A stretch of DNA of 31,244 nt. It comes from a virus. The stretch is taken from IMG/VR virus record IMGVR_UViG_3300006733_000010. One strand, 5' to 3'. Shown piece by piece: positions 22,179 to 30,021 of this stretch (the stretch's first letter is position 1; every line of letters starts with the position of its first letter). The position numbers and the translations under genes were made by a program. The notes under the pieces are model-generated. The model saw nothing but the letters and a program-made list of their open reading frames with translations, did no database searches and had not been told where the DNA came from.

Positions 22179-22731
22179 ATACATAATATTACTATTGCTT
22201 GTAGGTTGTACTCCTGTAGGTATGTTTGATCAAGAACAACAAGGATGCGAACCGACTATCAAGACTATCACAAAAGAAGTTTACGTGGAGGATGAGGACA
22301 AGATAGATGATATGGAGATCAGATTGGTTAAATGCAATACCTCATTATCACGATTCAGGGAGAAAGAAAGGACTCAGAATGCGCATTGGACAAGATGTCC
22401 TGGTGGAAAGACAAAGAGATTGTTCTATCCTATAAGTGAAAAGGAATCTGGTGTTGATTATTACTTTGAAGAATGCACTGGAAGCATGCTGCCTTTCATC
22501 AATTGTAACAACACATTGGAGTTTTGCTATATCAATAGGCATGATCCTATCAATGTCGGTGACATCATCATATACAAGACAAGTAATCGATACGTCGAAC
22601 ACAAATTTACTATCCACAGGATTGTTGGTTTTAAAGGGAGCATAGTCCATACATCTGGCTATTCTTATGAGGACTATGTCGAAGAAGTACCTCGCCAAGA
22701 TATCATTGGCAAGGTGGATGTGATTAGATGA
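22168..22731 (+). CDS. Lipoprotein with S26/S24-type serine peptidase (signal peptidase I-like) domain, 187 aa
   Basis: Lipobox MMIRYIILLLLVGC. Nucleophile box CTGSMLP; GDIIIY; general-base box HKFTIHRIVG (HR as in archaeal/ER-type S26B, KR in bacterial enzymes); C-terminal DIIGKV. Confidence 0.6.
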   Translation: MMIRYIILLLLVGCTPVGMFDQEQQGCEPTIKTITKEVYVEDEDKIDDMEIRLVKCNTSLSRFREKERTQNAHWTRCPGGKTKRLFYPISEKESGVDYYFEECTGSMLPFINCNNTLEFCYINRHDPINVGDIIIYKTSNRYVEHKFTIHRIVGFKGSIVHTSGYSYEDYVEEVPRQDIIGKVDVIR

Positions 22732-22982
22732 ATAAGGTAATAGATGTGGGAGATATAAAGAAAGAGGACAAAGGAATCTACCAGCGAGCTTTATTGACTG
22801 GGCTAAGGGCAAACATATGGACACAATGGATTGTTGTCTTGTTGAGTGGGGCCACATTGTTTAGCGTGTTAGTGAGGAGTATAATATACAGAGGAGTATT
22901 CTTTATGCTGCTCTCATTGGTATGCCTGATGAGTTTGAACAGATGGGAAAAGAAATTAGGAGACCTAGAGAATTTGGACTAA
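22728..22982 (+). CDS. Two-TM membrane protein, 84 aa
   Basis: Track ORF with ATGA overlap. Confidence 0.55.
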   Translation: MNKVIDVGDIKKEDKGIYQRALLTGLRANIWTQWIVVLLSGATLFSVLVRSIIYRGVFFMLLSLVCLMSLNRWEKKLGDLENLD

Positions 22983-23521
22983 GGAAAATATTTGTTTTTT
23001 CTTTTTTATTGTTGGTTATACTAGATATAACCACGACAGGGATGGTCATCGAGAAACATTCAGAAGAAGGCGAGACAAACCCTTTGTTTTTGATGGGCAT
23101 TCCGATATGGATATTAGTCATAGTCAAAGCAGGTGGGGCACTGGCATTAGTGTGGTATTATCTGTTACGCTATAATGATATAAATATATTTAATAATTCA
23201 TACTTTAGGTATGCAATGGTTTGGTTTTTAGTGTTAATCACGTTTATCTATATGGGGATAGTGGTACAAAACATAAGGATATACAACTATGAATCAGTGA
23301 TACCATTACCAAAAGAAGAGAGGGCTGAGAAATATGTAGAACAGGTAGGTGATATGAAGGTGATGGAAAACCTAACGCCATACAAAAAAGGGTTTAAGGT
23401 TCCTTCTATAATCTCTCTTTTCATATTGAATATGATCCAGTTTATTGTATTCAAATCATTCGAGAAGGATAGGAAATGGCTAAGTTCAAAGCAAAACAGA
23501 TCATCGTTCCGCTTGTTATGA
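22922..23521 (+). CDS. Polytopic membrane protein, 199 aa
   Basis: Track ORF with 4-5 TM helices. Motif LDITTTGMVIEKHSEEGETNPLF. Confidence 0.6.
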   Translation: MPDEFEQMGKEIRRPREFGLRKIFVFSFLLLVILDITTTGMVIEKHSEEGETNPLFLMGIPIWILVIVKAGGALALVWYYLLRYNDINIFNNSYFRYAMVWFLVLITFIYMGIVVQNIRIYNYESVIPLPKEERAEKYVEQVGDMKVMENLTPYKKGFKVPSIISLFILNMIQFIVFKSFEKDRKWLSSKQNRSSFRLL

Positions 23522-23679
23522 TAGCACTGATCATAGTGTTTGAACAGCTAAAACTTAGCTTTTGGTGGCTGCTTTTGCTGTTATTTGGCTATGGAATGTA
23601 TGTAAATAGGGCCTTCCTCAAGCGATATTGCGAGGATTGGTACGAACAGTATAAGGTGATAACATGCAAAAAAAAATAA
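23476..23679 (+). CDS. Two-TM membrane protein, 67 aa
   Basis: Track ORF. Confidence 0.5.
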   Translation: MAKFKAKQIIVPLVMIALIIVFEQLKLSFWWLLLLLFGYGMYVNRAFLKRYCEDWYEQYKVITCKKK

Positions 23680-23879
23680 TGGGAATTGATGAAGGTTTGA
23701 TGTGGTTGATACAACATGGACTAGTATTTTTTTTAGCAGGTGTTGTTTTTTGTATATTTGTTCCTATTAAAGTAGGTATGCCGATTGTTGCTATAATAGC
23801 TACAATAACTATAGTAAACAGCATAATATTGACACCATCTGCACTGAGGGGGCTAAAGAATGGAAGGAAGAATAGATGA
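23664..23879 (+). CDS. Two-TM membrane protein, 71 aa
   Basis: Track ORF with AAGGTGA SD. Confidence 0.55.
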   Translation: MQKKIMGIDEGLMWLIQHGLVFFLAGVVFCIFVPIKVGMPIVAIIATITIVNSIILTPSALRGLKNGRKNR

Positions 23880-24159
23880 AACAGAAGAAGAAATAGACAC
23901 AAAGAAAATAAATCCAAAATATGTAGAGTTAGGCTTGATAATACTAACAATAATCCTATTCATGTATGTCGGCATGGCTATTGGATACATACAAGGTTAC
24001 ACATATGTTAAAGAATTTAAAGAAAACTATGAGAAACAGCACTGTATCTGTCAGAATATTCCTATAAATAGTTTCGGCTTCTTTGACACCAACTTAACAG
24101 GAAAAGAAAAAAAAATAGTTCTTTTACCTTCTAGCCCTGAAAAAAGCAACCAGTCCTAA
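23860..24159 (+). CDS. Single-TM protein, 99 aa, last gene of the plus block
   Basis: Track ORF. Its 3' end overlaps the convergent minus gene by 36 nt. Confidence 0.5.
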   Translation: MEGRIDETEEEIDTKKINPKYVELGLIILTIILFMYVGMAIGYIQGYTYVKEFKENYEKQHCICQNIPINSFGFFDTNLTGKEKKIVLLPSSPEKSNQS

Positions 24160-24510
24160 CAATAAACTGCCAATAATCGTTATAATGATAATTGGCAACC
24201 AAGTTGGGATAGTGCTCATCGCTTCTTGAGTCTTTGAGGTTCCGTTCCAAGCAAATGTCATGCTTGCGTCAGTTGTATTACCAGCACCGCATGTCTGTCC
24301 ACCTGTTGAATTACAACAAAGTAAACCACTATCAGAACTGTTTATGCTATACCCTGTTGGACATAGCGAGCCTGATTGTGTGTCTATCACTTGGTCCTTC
24401 ATCTCAGCCATTATAACAAAACCAATAACCAATACTAAGGCTACTGCGATCACTGGTATTATTACCGCTTGGAGATTGCCCAGAACTTGGGCTTTCTTCT
24501 GCTTTTTCAT
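24124..24510 (-). CDS. Putative major capsid protein paralogue 3 (two hydrophobic helices, spindle-virus type), 128 aa
   Basis: Track ORF 24519 trimmed to the ATG behind TAGGTGA. N helix LQAVIIPVIAVALVLVIGFVIMAE; Cys/Gly/Thr-rich loop with NxS/T sequons; C helix WLPIIIITIIGSLLLGLVAFFRARR. Confidence 0.6.
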   Translation of the reverse strand: MKKQKKAQVLGNLQAVIIPVIAVALVLVIGFVIMAEMKDQVIDTQSGSLCPTGYSINSSDSGLLCCNSTGGQTCGAGNTTDASMTFAWNGTSKTQEAMSTIPTWLPIIIITIIGSLLLGLVAFFRARR

Positions 24511-24515
24511 TCTAG

Positions 24516-24815
24516 TCACCTAGCTCTGAAATAAGCAACCAAACCAAGCAATAAACTTCCGATCAATGTTATAATTATTATCGGCAACCATTGCGGCACA
24601 TCACTCATAGCTTCTTGGACCTGTCTGCTTGCATTACAGCCTATGCTTCCATTAGCAGATGCGTCAGAGGAACACTGTATTCCAGATGTGCTCTCTATCT
24701 GCGTTTGAGTTTCGGCTATAATCAAGAATCCAATCACTAATACGATTGCTACACCGATCAATGGTACAATAATGGCTTGGAGACCTGCAAGGGATTGACC
24801 CTTTTTAAGTTTCAT
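24516..24815 (-). CDS. Putative major capsid protein paralogue 2, 99 aa
   Basis: Track ORF 24887 trimmed to MKLKKGQSLAGLQAIIVPLIGVAIVLVIGFLIIAE behind TAGGAGA. C helix WLPIIIITLIGSLLLGLVAYFRAR. Confidence 0.6.
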   Translation of the reverse strand: MKLKKGQSLAGLQAIIVPLIGVAIVLVIGFLIIAETQTQIESTSGIQCSSDASANGSIGCNASRQVQEAMSDVPQWLPIIIITLIGSLLLGLVAYFRAR

Positions 24816-24842
24816 AGTTTTTTCTCCTATATAGTACCCTTT

Positions 24843-24871
24843 AAAAAAAGGGGTGGCCTTGCCCAGGCCAC
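24843..24871 (-). terminator. Intrinsic-terminator-like hairpin plus T-run between capsid paralogues 1 and 2
   Basis: On the minus strand: gtggcct-gggca-aggccac (7-bp GC-rich stem, plus coordinates 24853-24871), followed by cccttttttt. Confidence 0.5.
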
Positions 24872-24909
24872 TAGGTGAATTACCCAAAAGGTTAGCTAAT
24901 TGTCACTAT

Positions 24910-25179
24910 TTACCTTGCTCTGAAAAATGCAACAAGACCTAATAGCAATGCTCCGATAACTGTTATAACAATTATTGGTAGCCATCCAGGTATGTCATCC
25001 ATAGCCTGTTGAACTTGGTCTACTGCTTCAGAAGCGTTAGCGTCAGCTGTAACTGTTGAGTTTGCAGCAACTTCACTTAATATCAAAAATCCTACCACAA
25101 GAGTTATACCGATAGAAACCAATGCGATAACTACTGGTAGAAGTTGTTGTATGACTGCTTTTTTGTTCATAATCTTCAT
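24910..25179 (-). CDS. Putative major capsid protein paralogue 1, 89 aa
   Basis: Track ORF 25203 trimmed to MKIMNKKAVIQQLLPVVIALVSIGITLVVGFLILSE behind GGGGAGGTGA. C helix WLPIIVITVIGALLLGLVAFFRAR. Confidence 0.6.
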   Translation of the reverse strand: MKIMNKKAVIQQLLPVVIALVSIGITLVVGFLILSEVAANSTVTADANASEAVDQVQQAMDDIPGWLPIIVITVIGALLLGLVAFFRAR

Positions 25180-25203
25180 GTGTGTCACCTCCCCTGCTAA
25201 CAC

Positions 25204-25274
25204 AGGAATTATTTTACGAACTATGTAGAATCTTCAACCTAAAGAATAGTATATAAATATATGTGAACAAATCG
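25204..25274 (-). promoter_or_regulatory. Dedicated promoter region for the capsid paralogue cluster
   Basis: The only sizeable gap in the minus operon. The minus strand reads atatatttatatactatt (TATA-like) about 55 nt upstream of the GGGGAGGTGA SD. Confidence 0.45.
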
Positions 25275-25589
25275 TCAATCTTTACCTGAAAGGAAGAATA
25301 TGCTCAATGTCCAGACAACAAGGGTTATCCCAATATATTGTACCTCTAATATCCCTAAGGTTGACAGGAACACAGACATGATAAACGTTATAAAACTGCT
25401 TCCAGCCAATGATTTGCCAAAATGGGTTGTAGATACAAAGAAAGATATCATGCTGATCAAGAATATCGCCATCAATACTAATATCCCAAAGTAACCACTC
25501 ATAAGTTGAGAGTTTACATTCTGCATCAATGGGATTATCCCAGAGCTGTTTGCAACGATTGATATGTTATATGAGGGTGGTATTGGCAT
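25275..25589 (-). CDS. Three-TM membrane protein, 104 aa
   Basis: Track ORF. Confidence 0.6.
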   Translation of the reverse strand: MPIPPSYNISIVANSSGIIPLMQNVNSQLMSGYFGILVLMAIFLISMISFFVSTTHFGKSLAGSSFITFIMSVFLSTLGILEVQYIGITLVVWTLSIFFLSGKD

Positions 25590-25593
25590 TGTA

Positions 25594-26013
25594 TCACCTT
25601 GGTTGAAAACGTAAATATAAATGGATTAATGCAAATATTATTGCTGCCATCAATATCATCATGAAAATGTTTAATATGAACGATGGTATCCCTAATGAAA
25701 CAGCAAAGTTGTTCAGGAATTTTCCAGCTATCCTTACAGATTGCCATATCTTACCTAGTACACTGATTCCACCTATAAATATGTTGTCTAATGCTGTGTC
25801 TGAACTAGCTTCTGGTGCTTCTATCCCTTCTTTCATCTGATTGCTAACATTACCATGTAAATCCTGGATATCGGCTGTAAGATTATCTTTTGTGAATATA
25901 GTATCATTCAAATGCACACCATACTGTATCTCTTGGTCTGCTACTATATTCAATCCACTTACTATTATCACTCCTGCCAACAATATTGAGATTAGGTATG
26001 TATCGAATTTCAT
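25594..26013 (-). CDS. Membrane protein, 139 aa (N-terminal anchor, C-terminal TM)
   Basis: Track ORF with ATGA-type overlap to the upstream gene. Confidence 0.6.
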   Translation of the reverse strand: MKFDTYLISILLAGVIIVSGLNIVADQEIQYGVHLNDTIFTKDNLTADIQDLHGNVSNQMKEGIEAPEASSDTALDNIFIGGISVLGKIWQSVRIAGKFLNNFAVSLGIPSFILNIFMMILMAAIIFALIHLYLRFQPR

Positions 26014-28433
26014 TTTGCGTTATTAATCCTCCATATTGTTATAATCCCAACAACGATTAATGTTATGAACGAAACCCACGACATCTTGAATATATGCAAC
26101 ACTCTCATTATTCCTATCCCTGTTATACCAAATAGTATAGCAGGTATAGGGTGCCACAAAGCTATGTAGAATAGGGTTAACACGAATAAAAACGTTACAA
26201 ACACACCATAATGGTCTTTGTCGTCATAGATCCCTTCCATCGTGAGAAAACTCTGTTCTAATGAATCTAATATAAATTTATTCTTATTTATTATGACATA
26301 TGCTGTAGCAAGGAATCGTTTATCAAATACCTGTGATTCATTGCCGATATCATACAATATCTCTCCACTGTAAGTAGATGCACACCTTGCAGTTCCATTC
26401 AATTCTTTACTACCTGTCCTGTTTACTTCTTTTGCACTTAGACATATCTGGCTAAGTTTTGAATTAGGATCATACCATTGCAGCCTAAACTTTTTTATAG
26501 AACTATTTGAAAAAGATAGATTGTAGCTGATATCCTGATATTTGTCAAAATCAACATACCAATCGTCGGCTAACAGATTAATCTGAAAGTTTAATGTTGT
26601 TGATACCACATTTTGTTTGTCAGTCACCTTCTTTACTTCACCACCATATTTGATTGTAAAGCGGTAGTAAGCTGTGTTTAATATGAGATTAGCATAAGCA
26701 TTTCCGTCAAAGCTAGTCTCTAATATCTCCACTGTTTTGTATGAATTGGTTGCAATGCTGAACTTATCTATTATGATCACTGCCCCTTCCAGATCATTGC
26801 TAGAAGTATCCTTTACGTTGAGTGTTATTTGAGTAGTCCCTTCTGAAACGTAAAGGGATAATGTTTTGGTGATATTGCTAAGGTTTAATTCATCTGTGAA
26901 ATACTTAAAGTGTGTTATCCCGTCTGAAGTGAAATCTATGTTTGTAGAAGTGATCAATGTCGCATTTGTCGGGAATATACAGAACGATATGTTGCGTGTG
27001 TTTTTCACTATTGTGGAATAGTTCTGTTCAGAGATAGATGACTCCTGGTTATAAAAACTGAATAAGAATTCCATCGTCCCATTTATGATAGCATCAGTCG
27101 ATTCATTTATCAATAGAACTTTCAATGCTGTTGTATTTGTGTATATCCCTGAACAGTTAGTCAGTCTTGACCTGAACAATGTTACCTTGTCGCTTCCAAC
27201 CTTGCTGAAATTATCTTTGTGGGTCACATTTATTATTATCGATTCACCATAATCTTCAAACAATACGTCATTGAATACATTGGTGAATGACCCGTTGGTA
27301 TTGCTTATGCTGGTTATAGTGGTGCCTGTCTCATTCTTGAGGAAGAAAGTGGTTTGGTTGTAGTGTGTCTCGGTTATGCTTGTCTCTATAGTGATACTTC
27401 CTTCTCTGAATGTATCGCTTGCTTGAGGAGATGTTATGCTTACTATTGGTGGTGTATCAAGTGTGTATGTCCTGGTAGTAGCATTGCCTGTATTTACTCC
27501 ATCAAAACATGATACATTATAACTATAGGTCGAATCATTTATCAGAGTGACAGACAAGGTGGTAACATTAAATCTTTTTGTGCTTGCGTTAGACACTGGT
27601 TGGATACCTTCAACATAAAGGGTACAGTTTATTGAAGTATTATCCCCATCTTCATAGCTGAATCTTACATCCATTGTTGTTGAGGAATTAGTCGTAGCAT
27701 CTGGTGGATTTGTTATCGTTACTTTTGGGATAGGGGACATAACTGGGCATGTTGAATTTTCATAGATGAAGAGGCTGTCATAAAAGAATGAACCAGCTGA
27801 AAAGTCATTCTCTATCCTTGCTGTGTACATGCTTCTTCCTTCTACAGTAGTCGTTAGGTTGTAGATAGTTGTTCCATTTCCGTCGTAGCTCACATTTATG
27901 TCTGTTCCGTTTGAGACTGCCCTGAAACACATCCATGTTGGTGTTGTAGGCCTGATCATTGTTTGTTTCCATACGGCGTTATCATTCACACGATAGTGTG
28001 TTGCATCTTCACGTACTCCAACTGCAATCAGAAGATTCTCATTCTCATCATAGATATCCATATGTGTCGTCTGTTCACTTTGATTATCATAAAAACACCA
28101 CTTGATTGTGCCATTTATAGGGTCACTTAGATTAACTATTGGGTCTGGCATAGTTGCGCCATTAGTCACTAGGTGCATACTAAATTCAGAATTAGCATTT
28201 CCTTGTTCATTTGAATAGTTTGCTCTAGAACCAGCGATATCAATATTTAGCCAACCACCATCAGCCATCTTTAGATGATTAAATCCAACAGTATTATTCC
28301 AAGTTGTTTCTCCCGTATCCATACCTCCTTTAGATTGATTATAGTCGATCCAATCAGTAGAACAAAGCTCCGCATATATAAATGGCAACATCAAAACTGC
28401 CATTACAATTGGCAATAATATTGTCTTTTTCAT
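26010..28433 (-). CDS. 807-aa secreted, C-terminally membrane-anchored glycoprotein-like protein (candidate attachment/spike protein)
   Basis: Signal peptide MKKTILLPIVMAVLMLPFIYA. By my count more than 35 N-x-S/T sequons. Three C-terminal TM helices. Confidence 0.75.
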   Translation of the reverse strand: MKKTILLPIVMAVLMLPFIYAELCSTDWIDYNQSKGGMDTGETTWNNTVGFNHLKMADGGWLNIDIAGSRANYSNEQGNANSEFSMHLVTNGATMPDPIVNLSDPINGTIKWCFYDNQSEQTTHMDIYDENENLLIAVGVREDATHYRVNDNAVWKQTMIRPTTPTWMCFRAVSNGTDINVSYDGNGTTIYNLTTTVEGRSMYTARIENDFSAGSFFYDSLFIYENSTCPVMSPIPKVTITNPPDATTNSSTTMDVRFSYEDGDNTSINCTLYVEGIQPVSNASTKRFNVTTLSVTLINDSTYSYNVSCFDGVNTGNATTRTYTLDTPPIVSITSPQASDTFREGSITIETSITETHYNQTTFFLKNETGTTITSISNTNGSFTNVFNDVLFEDYGESIIINVTHKDNFSKVGSDKVTLFRSRLTNCSGIYTNTTALKVLLINESTDAIINGTMEFLFSFYNQESSISEQNYSTIVKNTRNISFCIFPTNATLITSTNIDFTSDGITHFKYFTDELNLSNITKTLSLYVSEGTTQITLNVKDTSSNDLEGAVIIIDKFSIATNSYKTVEILETSFDGNAYANLILNTAYYRFTIKYGGEVKKVTDKQNVVSTTLNFQINLLADDWYVDFDKYQDISYNLSFSNSSIKKFRLQWYDPNSKLSQICLSAKEVNRTGSKELNGTARCASTYSGEILYDIGNESQVFDKRFLATAYVIINKNKFILDSLEQSFLTMEGIYDDKDHYGVFVTFLFVLTLFYIALWHPIPAILFGITGIGIMRVLHIFKMSWVSFITLIVVGIITIWRINNAK

Positions 28434-28927
28434 TGTGCGGTCTGCCAGTTTTTATACATAACTACTGCTAATATAAATCCAATAACACCTATTATATAGG
28501 GTAGATACCCTATTATATTTGTTGTAAACGTCAATCGTTCCGCTACTGAAACCAGATCAGCATGGTTTGCATAAGCTAAATACAGGTTACTAAATACTCC
28601 GCTAAGATAGATTATGATTATCCATATTATTATGTAGAACACAAAGAACACTGGATGGAACCTAACTAAGGCTGCAAGAACTAATGCTACTATACAGAGG
28701 CCGATCATAAATAGTAAGATCGAGTTATCTATAACCCCTGGGTACATATCATTTAATTCAGTAAATGCTGCCTTTCCTCTATCGTTTACTTCACTACTTG
28801 CCTGCATCTTACTGTTTATTGAATCAGAAACCTTAAATATTATAAGCAATGAGATTCCAACTACGACTAATGAAACGAATATGAAGACCAAATCCTGGAT
28901 GCTTCCTTTCTTATCTTTTCTTGCCAA
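28430..28927 (-). CDS. Polytopic membrane protein, 165 aa
   Basis: Track ORF with 4-5 TM helices. Confidence 0.65.
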   Translation of the reverse strand: MARKDKKGSIQDLVFIFVSLVVVGISLLIIFKVSDSINSKMQASSEVNDRGKAAFTELNDMYPGVIDNSILLFMIGLCIVALVLAALVRFHPVFFVFYIIIWIIIIYLSGVFSNLYLAYANHADLVSVAERLTFTTNIIGYLPYIIGVIGFILAVVMYKNWQTAQ

Positions 28928-29096
28928 ACATTATCTCCTCCAATAAGTTATGCACTTGTACTGTGATTACCCTCATACTTCTTTTCTTTCCATAAGTACT
29001 TATCGGTTTCACCTTGCCTTGCTTCTCTAATATCTCAATAAACCTTGGCGCATCTTTGCGGAATACTGGGTCTATCCTTGCATTTATCGATTTCAT
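28911..29096 (-). CDS. Small basic soluble protein, 61 aa
   Basis: Track ORF, overlap-coupled on both sides. Confidence 0.5.
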   Translation of the reverse strand: MKSINARIDPVFRKDAPRFIEILEKQGKVKPISTYGKKRSMRVITVQVHNLLEEIMFGKKR

Positions 29097-29758
29097 TCAA
29101 ACCCCATCTGCCTGTCTTGTTTCTTTTGATTCCACATGTGTAGGGCCATCCATCCAAATCTGAGTACTACTATGATCATGGCTACATATATCGCCCAGTT
29201 GATAAGCCATAAAAACCTGAATATCTCTCTTGTCACTTCTATCCCTGCGTTATCTGCTATAGTAGATAACATAGCTGTGCTTAGAGACAATAAAAACAAT
29301 CCTAATATGATACACAATCCCTTGAGTGTAGTATTTAGTATCTCATTATTGCTAAAGTTCTTTAATAGTCTTGGTAAAAAGAAAACGCCTGCTGTTATAA
29401 GCAATACAAATATGATTATAGATAAGCTTGCCATATTATCCACACTCTCCACAATTATACTTGCTGAATCCCCTGAACTCATATTCAGTAGATAACTCCC
29501 CTTGGCTGTATAATTGAACGTTATATTGCACCGACCAGTCGTGGAGTAATTGTCCATTGAAAATGTGTCTAATAATGTAGGTGTACTGTCGTACAATCCT
29601 ACAGTATATGTTCCACAATCGTTTGGATACTCCCAAGAAGATATCATCATACAAGGGATATCTTTCTTCTCCACCACACTTTTGCATTCTTTTAAACCTA
29701 ACGTTATCGGAAACAACAACAGTGCCATCATCAATATTGTTAAACATTTTAGTTTCAT
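29093..29758 (-). CDS. Secreted/membrane protein, 221 aa, with sequons and 3 C-terminal TM helices
   Basis: Signal peptide MKLKCLTILMMALLLFPITLG. Sequons NYS, NIT, NYT, NMS. Confidence 0.65.
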   Translation of the reverse strand: MKLKCLTILMMALLLFPITLGLKECKSVVEKKDIPCMMISSWEYPNDCGTYTVGLYDSTPTLLDTFSMDNYSTTGRCNITFNYTAKGSYLLNMSSGDSASIIVESVDNMASLSIIIFVLLITAGVFFLPRLLKNFSNNEILNTTLKGLCIILGLFLLSLSTAMLSTIADNAGIEVTREIFRFLWLINWAIYVAMIIVVLRFGWMALHMWNQKKQDRQMGFE

Positions 29759-30021
29759 TTTGCATTTTCAATTTTCTGGATATTTGATTCCCTTGTGATG
29801 TGGGTATATTCTATGCTTCCTATCAAAACCTTTGAAACTCTTAGTTCGTCTATCAATTCAGTTGATAGTACCTCAAATGTATCTATCCCCCTTACTGATA
29901 ACCTGTTCGTTAAATATCTTTCTACCTTTTCGTCATCCATCAATTGGTCTTGTGCTGTTGTTGTTATCGTCAACAACAAGATAAACAATAGTATTATTAT
30001 TGCTTTTTTGATGTTAATCAC
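29755..30021 (-). CDS. Small secreted protein, 88 aa
   Basis: Signal peptide MINIKKAIIILLFILLLTITTTAQ. Overlaps the fibre stop by 8 nt. Confidence 0.55.
   Translation of the reverse strand: MINIKKAIIILLFILLLTITTTAQDQLMDDEKVERYLTNRLSVRGIDTFEVLSTELIDELRVSKVLIGSIEYTHITRESNIQKIENAK

Noticed and set aside
22348-22857. 169-aa minus-strand ORF and 22436..22645(+)
   Set aside because: It is antisense or out of frame to the peptidase-like gene, which has recognisable catalytic boxes.
24516-24815. Class III (type IV pilin/archaellin-like) signal peptide in capsid paralogue 2 (MKLKKGQS...)
   Set aside because: The KG-Q junction is not conserved in the two paralogues (KKAQV, KKAVI), and all three also have a C-terminal TM helix. 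The two-helix capsid architecture explains the pattern better.
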